Positions 17,690 to 27,888 of a DNA stretch of 64,000 nt are shown piece by piece. The stretch is taken from contig CAYQNO010000023.1 of the NCBI GenBank assembly GCA_964419045.1, positions 3,720 to 67,719 of the forward strand, in the 5' to 3' direction. Below the pieces are notes generated by a model. That model did no database searches and was not told the origin of the DNA. It saw only the letters and a program-made list of their open reading frames with translations. A program made the translations under genes and the position numbers. Position 1 is the first letter of the stretch; each line of letters begins with the position of its first letter. The stretch comes from an uncultured Flavobacteriales bacterium. GTDB taxonomy: Bacteria > Pseudomonadota > Alphaproteobacteria > UBA8366 > CAVOAK01.

Positions 17690-18046
17690 TATTATTGATG
17701 CCTTAATTAACCTCTGTGGCTAAATCGTTATATTGTATTATTTTAAGTATATACACGGGCAGTTTTGTGAAGTTCTAATTGGTTATAACTGATAAGCTCG
17801 ACGATTCTCTTGACGCACTTTACCAAGTGATAAATAGAGTAATGGGAGCGTTAAGAATCTTATCATTACCATCAGAGTCAATAAATAGAGCTAGGCTATT
17901 CCTGAAAAGGGAGGCTGGAGAATAGTTCGTTAATATTACCATATTAATAGAGTTTAACGTTGTAGTTTGGTTCTGTGCAGGAAGAAGTCAATAAATCTCT
18001 TGGTGCAACAGTACAAATCATTATCATGAGGAGGAGCATGGTCGTC

Positions 18047-18913
18047 ATGGAGCAGAAAACGAGGCTAGCGAAAAAGATTAGATCAAGGGAACTGTTAGTC
18101 GTACCCGGTGTCTATGATATGATTTCAGCGCGCATAGCCGACAGACTTAGCTTCGATGCAATTTATATGACGGGCTATGGTGTAAGCGCCTCACATTGCG
18201 GACTACCGGATGCGGGACTGGCTTCCTACACAGAGATGGTATCGTGTGCGCAATTAATTGCGACAGGCACATCCACGCCGCTCATTGCAGATGCCGACAC
18301 TGGCTACGGTGGCCTATTGAATGTGCAACGTACGGTACGTGGATACGAAGCAGCGGGTGTTGCTGCAATTCAGCTTGAGGACCAGGAATTTCCAAAGAAA
18401 TGTGGTCATACGAAGGGACGTCGGGTAATCCCATCAGCCGACATGGTAACAAAGATCAAAGTTGCCGTTGAAAGTCGCCTTGATCCGGATTTTCTAATTG
18501 TTGCTCGTACGGATGCACGAACAACGCTTGGGTTGGATGAGGCATTGAGCCGGGCAAAGCAATACCATGCTGCGGGTGCGGATGTTTTGTTTATCGAATC
18601 ACCTGAGAATGAAGCAGAGTTTGAACATATAGGTCAAACGATCGATGCTCCGCTGCTCGCCAATATGGTGGAGAGTGGAAGTTCACCGATATTGAGCGCC
18701 AAACGACTGGAAGAGCTTGGTTTTACCCTCGTACTCTACCCCGGAACCGGTTTTCTCACGGTAGCATGTGCGTTGGAGCAGGTTTACGGGCACCTAAGAG
18801 CACGGGGATCCAGTCTCGAACAACCTTTGTCGTTGGCCACACTTGACGAAATGAACAAAATTATGGGTTTTGATAACGTCTGGGAGTTTGACAAGCGATG
18901 GGCTCAGTCATAA
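18047..18913 (+). CDS. Isocitrate lyase/PEP mutase superfamily enzyme (methylisocitrate-lyase / oxaloacetate-decarboxylase-like)
   Basis: Family motifs PLIADADTGYGG and EDQEFPKKCGH. AGGAGGAG at 18029-18036 favours ATG 18047 (or 18038) over the track start 17975. Confidence 0.8.
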   Translation: MEQKTRLAKKIRSRELLVVPGVYDMISARIADRLSFDAIYMTGYGVSASHCGLPDAGLASYTEMVSCAQLIATGTSTPLIADADTGYGGLLNVQRTVRGYEAAGVAAIQLEDQEFPKKCGHTKGRRVIPSADMVTKIKVAVESRLDPDFLIVARTDARTTLGLDEALSRAKQYHAAGADVLFIESPENEAEFEHIGQTIDAPLLANMVESGSSPILSAKRLEELGFTLVLYPGTGFLTVACALEQVYGHLRARGSSLEQPLSLATLDEMNKIMGFDNVWEFDKRWAQS

Positions 18914-19093
18914 GTAGAAAGTGTAACAGACCGTTTCTAAAGGCTGTTACGGTTGGCCTTGAAGTTACTTTGATTAATACGAACGAAAGCGTAGAACAGG
19001 CTTGGATTCCAGTTCTTATGACTCTTTCCGGCGAGGTTGAATAAGAATAGTCACGAGGAATTGGAACAACTCTTCTTGGATAAGGGAGATGAG

Positions 19094-20365
19094 ATGATGG
19101 TCGCTAATGGGATTACGTCTACTGGAAATTTGTACGCAACAATTGACGCGGACAGGTTGTGGCGACGTCACGAAGAGATGGCACGCTTCGGCGCAACCGC
19201 AAAAGGTGGTGTTAACCGGTTAGCATTGACGCAGGTTGACATCGACGCTCATGTGTTACTTTGTAAGTGGGCAGTAAAGTGTGGCTTCACCATATTTGTT
19301 GATAATGCCGGTAACATGTTCATGCGACGTGAAGGAACGGATCCGGATGCTGCTCCCGTTATCAGCGGTTCGCATTGTGATACACAACCGACGGGCGGTC
19401 GATTTGATGGGATTTTTGGTGTACTCGCAGCATTGGAGGCCTTGGAGTCTATCAATACGGCGGGATTAATAACAAAACGACCGCTGGAAGTTGCTGTTTG
19501 GAACAACGAGGAAGGTGCACGGTTTTCCCCATCGTTTATGGGGTCATCAGTTTATGTGGGTAGCGTGGACCTCGAGGTTATGCTGGCAGCAGTAGATGGT
19601 CATGGCGTTACAATGGGTACAGCAGTAACTGCCCTGAAAACTGCGCTACCGGAAGCCCGTCATCGCAAACTTGGAGAACCTGTCGCCGCATTTATCGAAG
19701 CGCACATTGAGCAAGGGCCTGAGCTCGAAGCTGCCGATGATACAATTGGTATTGTAACGGGTATGCAGGGGACGAGGAAGTTCTCTATAGAGGTGTCGGG
19801 TGACGAGGCGCATGCTGGGACGACCCCACGTAAACACCGGAGGGACGCCTTCGTCGAAGCCGTTGCAATTGTCAATGCACTTCATGAATTATTTCACGAC
19901 GATGAGGATATCGTGCGTTTCACAATTGGCCAGTTTGATGTGTTTCCTGGTGCGCTTGCTGTCGTGCCAGGGCAAGTCTCTTTCAGCATAGATTTTCGTC
20001 ACCCTGAACAAGAGACACTTGACTTGCTAGGAAATCAAGTTGAGCCTTTGTGTAAAGAAATTGTCAATCATTGCGATGTCAGCGTGGTTGAACCATCCTG
20101 GTCAAAACCCATTGAATTCACTGGCACCGTACCAAAATTAATTGAGCAAGCTGTTAAGCGTCGAGAATATTCCTATCGCCATATCTATTCTGGTGCTGGC
20201 CATGATGCTCGACATCTAGCAGAAATATGCCCGAGCGGCATGATCTTCGTGCCCTGCGAGAAAGGGATCAGCCATAACGAAGCGGAAAATGCATCGCCGG
20301 AAGACCTTGCAGCGGGGGCTCAGATTATAGCGGATGTAATTGTAGACCTGGCTAACAGTATTTAA
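19094..20365 (+). CDS. M20-family Zn amidohydrolase (allantoate amidohydrolase / N-carbamoyl-L-amino-acid hydrolase type)
   Basis: Motif SGSHCDTQPTGGRFDGIFGV is typical of this subfamily. AGGGAG precedes ATG 19094; the track TTG at 19037 is probably too early. Confidence 0.8.
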   Translation: MMVANGITSTGNLYATIDADRLWRRHEEMARFGATAKGGVNRLALTQVDIDAHVLLCKWAVKCGFTIFVDNAGNMFMRREGTDPDAAPVISGSHCDTQPTGGRFDGIFGVLAALEALESINTAGLITKRPLEVAVWNNEEGARFSPSFMGSSVYVGSVDLEVMLAAVDGHGVTMGTAVTALKTALPEARHRKLGEPVAAFIEAHIEQGPELEAADDTIGIVTGMQGTRKFSIEVSGDEAHAGTTPRKHRRDAFVEAVAIVNALHELFHDDEDIVRFTIGQFDVFPGALAVVPGQVSFSIDFRHPEQETLDLLGNQVEPLCKEIVNHCDVSVVEPSWSKPIEFTGTVPKLIEQAVKRREYSYRHIYSGAGHDARHLAEICPSGMIFVPCEKGISHNEAENASPEDLAAGAQIIADVIVDLANSI

Positions 20366-20458
20366 CTATTTTCAGCAGTTACATTTGTAATGCAAAAGAC
20401 CTCGCCTATAAATATTTTCCGTAATCAAGATTATACGAGTATGTCTTCAAGAACGTGA

Positions 20459-22573
20459 CTATTTAACTTCTATTCGTCGAGGTGATTGTCCAGCTCTCGC
20501 TCGCTCCGCCATTAATGTCAATGCAGTCTCAAGATTACGGACGAACCGTCCTCTATCAAAAAATACGTTTGTCTCCCGTAATTTTGTAAGACGATCCTTT
20601 AAACCAGTGAATCGTTCCTCTACCAGCTTGACTGCTGTATCCTCATAGGCTTGGAGAGTAGGAGCCACTAATTCGGTAAGGCCCAACGTTGACAGCATAC
20701 TACTAGTTGCACGACCAGAAGGCGAAGGGCCAGGACAGGTAAGGATCGGAAGACCGGCAGTTAGAGCGTCAAGAGCCGTTGCGTGGGCGTTATAATAGTG
20801 CGTATCAAGAAAAATATCAGCGAGACTGTGACGTTTCAGATGAATTGTACGCTCCACTCGCCCACTGGTGAATATAAGGCGTTGTTGGTCGATATCAGCT
20901 TTATCTGCCTCATTTTTTAAGGCAATTTCACTCTGTCCACCACGTAGCCACAACACGGCTCCTGTTACTCGCCTTAGAATATTCATCCAGCACTCGAAAA
21001 TTACCGGATCAATTTTGTAAGGTGCATTGAAGCAACAGAATACTGGTACGTTATCGGGTAGCCCATAATCTATCCTACTCATCTTGACTGGGCTCGGTTC
21101 GAAGAATTCATAGGGAGGGATATAGCAGTCAGGTAATAGCACTGGAGCTTCCGAGAAGCAGGTTTCAATATCGGGTGATATGGTAATGGGATCTCCAATG
21201 AAGTAATCCATCAGTGACCCTCCCATAGACCCGGGGTACCCGAGCCATGCTACCTGCAAGGCAGCGGGTCTTTGAGCCACTATTTGATTCCGTGCGCCGG
21301 CAGTATGCCCTTGTAAATTGATAAGGATATCGATGCCATCATTACGGATAATATCCGCTGCATCTACGTGTGAAGACTCAGATATGTCGTGAAATTGATC
21401 CGACTTAACTTCGGCTGATTTGCGATAGATGCTGCCGTCGTCTTTACCGGTTGAGTAAACGTGAACCACAAATTGTCTTCGATTGTGAAGAGCAATAAGG
21501 CCGTGCATGATGTGCCCGACGGGATGGTCGCGGAAGTCATCTGATAGATAACCAATTCGTAACGGTCCATTCGGTCGTACTATTGGGATTTCTCGTTGCG
21601 GGTGGACATTGGTTCGGCGACAGATTTCTGCTGCCCAACTGTCAGCGAGGAGTTTTTGTGATCGAGCTGAAAGACCCAACATTAAAGAGACGAAAGGACC
21701 GGATGATCCAGGCAGCGCAGTGCTAAGTGCTTTCTTATCAAGTGTTGATAGACTTTTACGTAAAGACTTTAACTCAGACCAATCACATATCATAAGACGC
21801 GTTGCTATCAGTTTGGTCCGTGCCTGTACTAAGTTCGGGTTATGTTTTAGCACTGCGGTATACGCACTAATAGCACGGTTATGTTCACCTGCATCTACGT
21901 ACACGTCACCGAGATTAATGAACGCTTCTCCGAGTGTAGGGTTGTGGTGAATAGCATTATTGAGCGAATTTTCTGCACGCGTTAAGTCACCAAGTTCACG
22001 CCAAATAGCTCCAAGATTAGCGTGAGCCTCCGAAAAGTCTGGCCTAAAGTGTATTGCCTTCTCAAAGGCTTCGCGTGCTTGATCTAATCGCTGTTGAACT
22101 TGCAATACGGAGCCTAAGTTACACCATGAATTTGCATTATTTGGTTGCAAAGTCAGCACATGACGAAAAGCGGATTCGGCTTCCAATGGCCTATCTGCCC
22201 GAAACAGAACGGTGGCAAGATTAAAGTGCGCGTCGAATAGCTGTGGATCGAGTTCTCCTGCACGTCGAAAACATTTTAGTGCGGCATCCGTTCTGCCAAG
22301 AGCGAGTTCGGCATTCCCTAGGTTGTTATGAATTCGGGCATCTTTATCTTTACGCCCTAAGGCCTGGGCGATAAGTGTAATGGCATTTTCCGGATGGCCT
22401 AGCTGAAGTAAGACGACGCCCAAAAGGTGCAAGGCCTCTGTATACTTCTCTTGGTCGCTTAAGCTGTATTTATCCCCAGTATCTACGATACGGCGGTATA
22501 TGGTCTCTGCCTTCGCTAAATCACCTGCACGATGCCAAGCAAGTGCTTTCTCAAGCTCGGCCGCTAAGTCCAT
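20459..22573 (-). CDS. TPR-repeat protein with C-terminal O-GlcNAc-transferase-like (GT41/SPINDLY-type) domain
   Basis: About 8 TPR units in the N-terminal 270 aa, then a large GT-B-like C-terminal region. Its start lies 5 nt after the apt stop. Confidence 0.75.
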   Translation of the reverse strand: MDLAAELEKALAWHRAGDLAKAETIYRRIVDTGDKYSLSDQEKYTEALHLLGVVLLQLGHPENAITLIAQALGRKDKDARIHNNLGNAELALGRTDAALKCFRRAGELDPQLFDAHFNLATVLFRADRPLEAESAFRHVLTLQPNNANSWCNLGSVLQVQQRLDQAREAFEKAIHFRPDFSEAHANLGAIWRELGDLTRAENSLNNAIHHNPTLGEAFINLGDVYVDAGEHNRAISAYTAVLKHNPNLVQARTKLIATRLMICDWSELKSLRKSLSTLDKKALSTALPGSSGPFVSLMLGLSARSQKLLADSWAAEICRRTNVHPQREIPIVRPNGPLRIGYLSDDFRDHPVGHIMHGLIALHNRRQFVVHVYSTGKDDGSIYRKSAEVKSDQFHDISESSHVDAADIIRNDGIDILINLQGHTAGARNQIVAQRPAALQVAWLGYPGSMGGSLMDYFIGDPITISPDIETCFSEAPVLLPDCYIPPYEFFEPSPVKMSRIDYGLPDNVPVFCCFNAPYKIDPVIFECWMNILRRVTGAVLWLRGGQSEIALKNEADKADIDQQRLIFTSGRVERTIHLKRHSLADIFLDTHYYNAHATALDALTAGLPILTCPGPSPSGRATSSMLSTLGLTELVAPTLQAYEDTAVKLVEERFTGLKDRLTKLRETNVFFDRGRFVRNLETALTLMAERARAGQSPRRIEVK

Positions 22574-22578
22574 GCCTA

Positions 22579-23100
22579 TTATTCCTCATAGGTGAGCAGC
22601 GATTTAAATGGTACTTCCAGCTTGTCTCGCCCATTAAGGAAAGCAAGCTCGATGATACAACAGGCCGCGCACACTTCGCTTCCCAGCTTTTGCACCAACT
22701 TTATCGCCGCGGCCATAGTACCGCCGGTTGCAAGTAGGTCGTCCATTATGACTACCTGCTGACCTGGCTGAATTGCAGATGTTTGAATCTCAATGGTATC
22801 CATTCCATACTCAAGGTCATAGGTCTGTTCCATTGTCGGTCCAGGCAGTTTGTTACTCTTTCTAATCATCGCGAACCCACACCCAAGTTCCAGTGCTAGC
22901 GGCGCCGCAACTAAAAATCCACGCGATTCTATGCCGATGAGTATATCTGGTGTGTAGGGCCTAACATGTTCAGTCAGGAGACTTACGCAGTGTTTCCAGG
23001 CGATGGCATGTGCCAACAGTGGTGATATATCGTAGAACAAGATCCCAGGTTTAGGATAATCCGCAAATTGCGCAATATGATCCTTCAATTCCATCAGCAC
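22579..23100 (-). CDS. apt: Adenine phosphoribosyltransferase
   Basis: 173 aa with PRPP-binding motif VVIMDDLLATGGT. Confidence 0.9.
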   Translation of the reverse strand: MLMELKDHIAQFADYPKPGILFYDISPLLAHAIAWKHCVSLLTEHVRPYTPDILIGIESRGFLVAAPLALELGCGFAMIRKSNKLPGPTMEQTYDLEYGMDTIEIQTSAIQPGQQVVIMDDLLATGGTMAAAIKLVQKLGSEVCAACCIIELAFLNGRDKLEVPFKSLLTYEE

Positions 23101-23249
23101 CTAAACTCCATATGTTAAAATTGTGAAGGTACTCTATCTATGTGGTCGTTGTGCCGCAATGTAGGTAGCGGGGTTGCGTTAAGTTATATATTTTTCCAAA
23201 TTCACGACCGTAGTATGGAATTTTCAGGCGTCATAAGGGTTCGACAAAT

Positions 23250-24404
23250 ATGGTAGCCGAAGAACATAGGTTACAAGCACCGGATTTACTGGAACGAGTG
23301 ACAGATGGTGACCGTTTGTTGTTACGTGCGAGCGGAGCATGGGTTGTAGCGACAATCTCAGAAATTGACCGCTTGGTGAGTGCCATAGACTTGCTTGCAG
23401 CGAAGCAGGTACATATTGATCTTAGTAAAGTTACATCGCTCGACACTTCCGGGGCGATGATGTTATGTGGGCTGACCAAGGCCATTGAGGAGCATGGGGC
23501 AAAGGTTGAGTACACTGGAGTTACAGAAACGCATCATCCGTTGTTACAACTAGTTGTGGAAGCTAGGCGAGTGCCGCGTGATGTGGAGCTCCCACGCATC
23601 AATACATTTGTATTGATGGTTAATCGGGCGGGGAAGGCATTGTTCGACGCGGGCACCGAAGGTATAGCGTTGCTGAATTTCTTCGGAATTACAATAATTA
23701 AGTTGTTAAGGGCACTTGTAAGTCCACGCCGCCTTAGGTTCGTTTCGCTAGTTCATCAGATTGAACAAACAGGGCTCAATGCAGTTCCAATTGTGGTGCT
23801 TTTATCATTTCTGATTGGACTGGTTTTAGCATATCAGGGAGCAGATCAACTTCGTCAGTTTGGTGCAGAAATTTTTACTGTGAACTTGCTGGCGGTTTCA
23901 GTGTTAAGAGAGATTGGCGTCTTGTTGACTGCGATAATGGTTGCTGGTCGTTCTGGTTCTGCATTCACTGCTCAGATTGGTACGATGAAGGTTAATGAAG
24001 AAGTGGATGCGATGCAGACGCTAGGCCTAGATCCAATTGAAGTTTTGGTCCTACCAAGGGTAAATGCTCTCCTAATCACCTTGCCTCTGTTGGCATTTAT
24101 AGCTGATCTATCAGGCCTTCTTGGTGGTGCAGTTATGTCGCTCATTTCGCTTGACTTGAGTATTGTTCAGTTTCTTCGACAACTTGAAGAAGCGGTGTCA
24201 CTTAAGAATTTTATGATTGGAATGGTTAAGGCTCCGGTCTTTGCATTTATAATAGCTATGGTTGGTTGTTACGAAGGCCTGCGTGTATCAGGCAGTGCTG
24301 AAAGTGTTGGTCGGATGACTACGCAATCTGTAGTTAAGGCGATATTCCTTGTGATTGTTGCCGACGCTGTCTTTTCCATCGCGTTTGCTGTTCTCGGTCT
24401 TTGA
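23250..24404 (+). CDS. MlaE-family ABC permease with N-terminal STAS (MlaB-like) domain
   Basis: A soluble STAS-like region of about 110 aa is followed by the MlaE-type membrane domain. First gene of a 4-gene Mce/Mla-type unit. Confidence 0.8.
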   Translation: MVAEEHRLQAPDLLERVTDGDRLLLRASGAWVVATISEIDRLVSAIDLLAAKQVHIDLSKVTSLDTSGAMMLCGLTKAIEEHGAKVEYTGVTETHHPLLQLVVEARRVPRDVELPRINTFVLMVNRAGKALFDAGTEGIALLNFFGITIIKLLRALVSPRRLRFVSLVHQIEQTGLNAVPIVVLLSFLIGLVLAYQGADQLRQFGAEIFTVNLLAVSVLREIGVLLTAIMVAGRSGSAFTAQIGTMKVNEEVDAMQTLGLDPIEVLVLPRVNALLITLPLLAFIADLSGLLGGAVMSLISLDLSIVQFLRQLEEAVSLKNFMIGMVKAPVFAFIIAMVGCYEGLRVSGSAESVGRMTTQSVVKAIFLVIVADAVFSIAFAVLGL

Positions 24405-24496
24405 CCATAAATCATGATACTTGATCTGGTATTTTTAACGAAAGAACGTAAAATTAGGCGTCTAAACTTCTTGATTCTTTGTTATATTCACCGACG

Positions 24497-25273
24497 ATGA
24501 CCGAGGATGTAGTTATTAATGTTGCTGGGCTTCGTACCCAGTTTGGAGTTCAGATAATTCACGACGAACTCGATCTCCGCGTACGTCGTGGAGAAGTATT
24601 GGGTGTTGTCGGTGGATCAGGAACAGGGAAATCTGTGCTTTTAAGAACAATCTTGGGTTTGACCAAACCAGCGGCAGGGCAAATAGAAGTTCTTGGTGCC
24701 GATGCCCTTTCTTTGAGCTCGGCCGCACGAGAGGCAATGACGATTCGTTGTGGCGTATTGTTTCAAGACGGCGCGCTCTTCTCGTCGCTGACAGTAGCTG
24801 AGAATATCGAGGTTCCCCTCCGTGAACATCTTGGTTTGTCACAATCCCTGATGGACGAATTAGCAGCATTAAAGATTGGAATGGTGGGTTTGCCTCGAGA
24901 GGCAGGAACCAAATTTCCATCGGAGCTGTCAGGGGGCATGCGAAAACGAGCAGGATTAGCTCGTGCACTCTCGCTCGATCCAGAAATCTTGTTTCTCGAC
25001 GAGCCGACAGCCGGCCTTGATCCCATTGGTGCTGCTGCCTTTGATAAACTAATTCGTGAACTGCAGCAAAGTCTTGGTCTTTCGGTGTTTATGGTAACGC
25101 ATGATCTTGATACATTGATTGCAATCTGCGATCGAATAGCGGTGCTTGTAGATAAAAAGATTCGCGTCGGTACTTTGGAGGAGCACTTGAACGACCCACA
25201 TCCTTGGATTCAATCGTATTTCCGCGGTCCGCGGGCCCGTGCTGCGATCGATGCTGAAAAAACACTCTCATAG
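24497..25273 (+). CDS. MlaF-like ABC ATP-binding protein
   Basis: Walker A GGSGTGKSVL, signature LSGGMRKRAGLARAL, Walker B LFLDEPTAGLD. ATG 24497 is preferred over the track start 24479. Confidence 0.85.
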   Translation: MTEDVVINVAGLRTQFGVQIIHDELDLRVRRGEVLGVVGGSGTGKSVLLRTILGLTKPAAGQIEVLGADALSLSSAAREAMTIRCGVLFQDGALFSSLTVAENIEVPLREHLGLSQSLMDELAALKIGMVGLPREAGTKFPSELSGGMRKRAGLARALSLDPEILFLDEPTAGLDPIGAAAFDKLIRELQQSLGLSVFMVTHDLDTLIAICDRIAVLVDKKIRVGTLEEHLNDPHPWIQSYFRGPRARAAIDAEKTLS

Positions 25274-25276
25274 ATA

Positions 25277-26359
25277 ATGGAAACGCGTGCAAGTTACTTG
25301 GTGGTAGGCAGTTTTGTCCTCCTTTCTCTCGTTGGACTTGTCGTCATGGTTATTTGGTTGGCTGGTGTAAATCTTGATGAGGAATTCACCTATTATGATA
25401 TTCTCTTCCAAGGATCCGTCACTGGTCTAAAAGAAGGTAATCCGGTGCGTTACCGCGGTATCCCAGTTGGTGTTGTTTCAGACATGCGGATCGATCCGTT
25501 GAACGTCGAACGAGTTCGTGTCGCGATTGAAGTGCCAGCAGATACACCAATTAAGGAAGATGCTGTCGCATCTCTTGAATTTCAGGGAATCACAGGCATT
25601 GCCTACGTGCAAATTAGTGGAGGTACGCAGGATTCATCAATGTTACAGTCAAAACCAGGTCAACCTCGCCCGGTTATCCAGTCAAAGCCCTCTCAGTTGC
25701 AGGAAGTATTTGATGCTGCGCCGGAAGTGCTTAACCGGTTTGTTGTCCTGCTTGAACAAGCGAGTGGATTGCTTAGTAGTGAAAATCAAAAGAATGTGGC
25801 ACAAACCTTAGAAAACCTGTCGACTTTTACAGAAACGCTGGCGACTAACACTGTAAATGTAAGTAGCATGATCGCAGATGGCGCATCGGTCATCAGCGAA
25901 CTCCGCGGTGCTTCCGCAGAAGCCCGTGCAGCTGTTTCGGAATTACGTGGACTCGTGGGTGATGTTCAAGACAGCGTAGATCTCATAACTGGTGAAGCTC
26001 GTTCAACGATGGGCGATGTACGCTTACTAACCTCTGAACTTCGTGATAACGCACACAGTCTGGCCGCACGCTTGGACACAACACTGCTAACAATAGATGC
26101 GCAGATGCAAGGGTTTGGTGATGAAACTAAGTCGACTCTTATAGCTGCACGCGACGCATCTGAACAATTAGCTAAAATTCTCGAAACTAATCAGGGAGCG
26201 GTCAACGATTTTACCACTTCGGGATTATATGAGTTCACACAACTGCTTGCGGAATCTCGTGTGCTCGTTGCATTCCTCATGCGTATTGCGACCGAGATCG
26301 AACGTGACCCAGCCCGCTTCTTGTTTGGTGATGCACAAAAAGGTCTGGAGATCAAATGA
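25277..26359 (+). CDS. MCE/MlaD-family substrate-binding protein with long helical C-terminus
   Basis: N-terminal TM helix, then an MCE domain (GSVTGLKEGNPVRYRGIPVGVV), then a coiled-coil-like region. Confidence 0.8.
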   Translation: METRASYLVVGSFVLLSLVGLVVMVIWLAGVNLDEEFTYYDILFQGSVTGLKEGNPVRYRGIPVGVVSDMRIDPLNVERVRVAIEVPADTPIKEDAVASLEFQGITGIAYVQISGGTQDSSMLQSKPGQPRPVIQSKPSQLQEVFDAAPEVLNRFVVLLEQASGLLSSENQKNVAQTLENLSTFTETLATNTVNVSSMIADGASVISELRGASAEARAAVSELRGLVGDVQDSVDLITGEARSTMGDVRLLTSELRDNAHSLAARLDTTLLTIDAQMQGFGDETKSTLIAARDASEQLAKILETNQGAVNDFTTSGLYEFTQLLAESRVLVAFLMRIATEIERDPARFLFGDAQKGLEIK

Positions 26360-27015
26360 CCAAATTATCTAGATGGACCGGAGCCCTATTTTTATCACTC
26401 CTTCTCTCTGCTTGTGTGGAGTTGCCAGGTAGCGGTGATCCCTCGAGGTTATATGTACTCACACCTAAAAGTACGTTTCCGGAAAATCTACCAACAGTAA
26501 ATTGGCAATTGCTTGTGGAGGTCCCCATATCGGCGGCCGGTTTGAACACGGCGCGAATCGCTGCCCGACATAGCCCGATAGAACTAAACTATATAGGTTC
26601 CGCTAATTGGACGGATTTTGCGCCCCGTATGGTACAGACATTACTTGTAGAATCATTTGAAAATAGTGGTCGAATTGTTGGTGTTGGACGGGAGGCGATT
26701 GGTTTACGCTCGGACTATTTGTTAAAAACTGAGGTACGGGAATTTCAAGCTGAGTTTACTGCAGTAAAGAGTAGTTCGGTACAGGCCAATAATACCTCGG
26801 GTGGTAGGCCAGTTGTTCGGGTTCGTCTTAACGCGAAGCTTATTAAGATGCCACGAAGATCTATTATTGCCTCACGAACGTTCGAGCATGTGGTCGAATC
26901 AAATGATAATACTATGGATTCGATCATTTCGGCATTTGATGATTCTTTGGGTAAAGTTCTGAAAGAAGTTGTTGTGTGGACGCTGACCAAAGGTGAGGAA
27001 CGTTGGGCCAGTTGA
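26356..27015 (+). CDS. ABC-type transport auxiliary lipoprotein (DUF330/PqiC-YmbA-like)
   Basis: Lipobox-like LLLSAC, ATGA overlap with the MCE gene, 219 aa. Confidence 0.7.
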   Translation: MTKLSRWTGALFLSLLLSACVELPGSGDPSRLYVLTPKSTFPENLPTVNWQLLVEVPISAAGLNTARIAARHSPIELNYIGSANWTDFAPRMVQTLLVESFENSGRIVGVGREAIGLRSDYLLKTEVREFQAEFTAVKSSSVQANNTSGGRPVVRVRLNAKLIKMPRRSIIASRTFEHVVESNDNTMDSIISAFDDSLGKVLKEVVVWTLTKGEERWAS

Positions 27016-27052
27016 CGCCCACCCAATCATCTGCAAAGCCCTTCTGAGCGCC

Positions 27053-27886
27053 ATGTGTTTGGAAAAACCTCCGTTATTGATTATCGCCGTGGCCCCAAAC
27101 GGCGCGCATAAATCGAAGAAAGATCATTCAGCTATCCCCGTTAGTCCCCAAGAACTTGCGAGTGAGGTGGCGTCCTGTGTTGATACAGGAGCTGCCATGA
27201 TCCATCTGCATGTTCGCGATTCGGCAGGAGGGCACTCACTAGACTCTGATTCATATAAAACAGCGATCGCCGCTATTCGGTCCGAGGTCGGTCAACGTGT
27301 CATAATTCAAGTCACAAGCGAATCAGTAGGCAAGTACAGTGTTGAAGAGCAAATGGCTATGGTGCGTTCAGTGAAGCCAGAGGCGGTTTCACTTGCTGTG
27401 CGAGAGATATTCCCGCCGGGCTGCGATGAGGTCTTAGTCTCCGAATTTCTGGCCTGGGTAGCTTCTGAGCGAATAATGCCGCAGTATATTATGTTTTCGA
27501 CAGAGGATTTTGACCAATTCATGTCATTACGTTTGCGTGGCATAGTTCCTGAGGAGTGTCTCTCTGTACTCTTCGTATTAGGCCGTTATTCTAAGTACCA
27601 GCAATCCTCGCCCAAAGATTTATTGCAGTTTTTATGTGCTAGCCACAATGTGTCGATGGAGTGGTTTGTATGTGCGTTTGGAGCGGAAGAGGGAAGTTGT
27701 GCTCTCTCTGCGGTTACGCTAGGTGGACACTGTCGGGTTGGGTTTGAAAATAATATTTTTCTTGCCGATGGGACCGTGGCACCGAATAATTCGGCATTGG
27801 TAAAGCAGGTGTGCGATGGTGCCGCACTTATATGCCGGCCTGTTGCCGACGCTGATTCGGCTCGGTCTTTGCTTGGTTTTAGATAA
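27053..27886 (+). CDS. 3-keto-5-aminohexanoate cleavage enzyme family (BKACE/DUF849) protein
   Basis: Family-typical N-terminus IIAVAPNGAHKSKKDH...PVSPQELA...AAMIHLHVRD. ATG 27053 is preferred, because the track start overlaps the previous gene. Confidence 0.75.
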   Translation: MCLEKPPLLIIAVAPNGAHKSKKDHSAIPVSPQELASEVASCVDTGAAMIHLHVRDSAGGHSLDSDSYKTAIAAIRSEVGQRVIIQVTSESVGKYSVEEQMAMVRSVKPEAVSLAVREIFPPGCDEVLVSEFLAWVASERIMPQYIMFSTEDFDQFMSLRLRGIVPEECLSVLFVLGRYSKYQQSSPKDLLQFLCASHNVSMEWFVCAFGAEEGSCALSAVTLGGHCRVGFENNIFLADGTVAPNNSALVKQVCDGAALICRPVADADSARSLLGFR

Positions 27887-27888
27887 AC

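Noticed and set aside
17690-17780. Zur box upstream of znuC
   Set aside because: I expected a TGTTATA-n-TATAACA-like palindrome. The closest stretch (AAATCGTTATATTGTATTA) is not palindromic when checked base by base, so no site is called.
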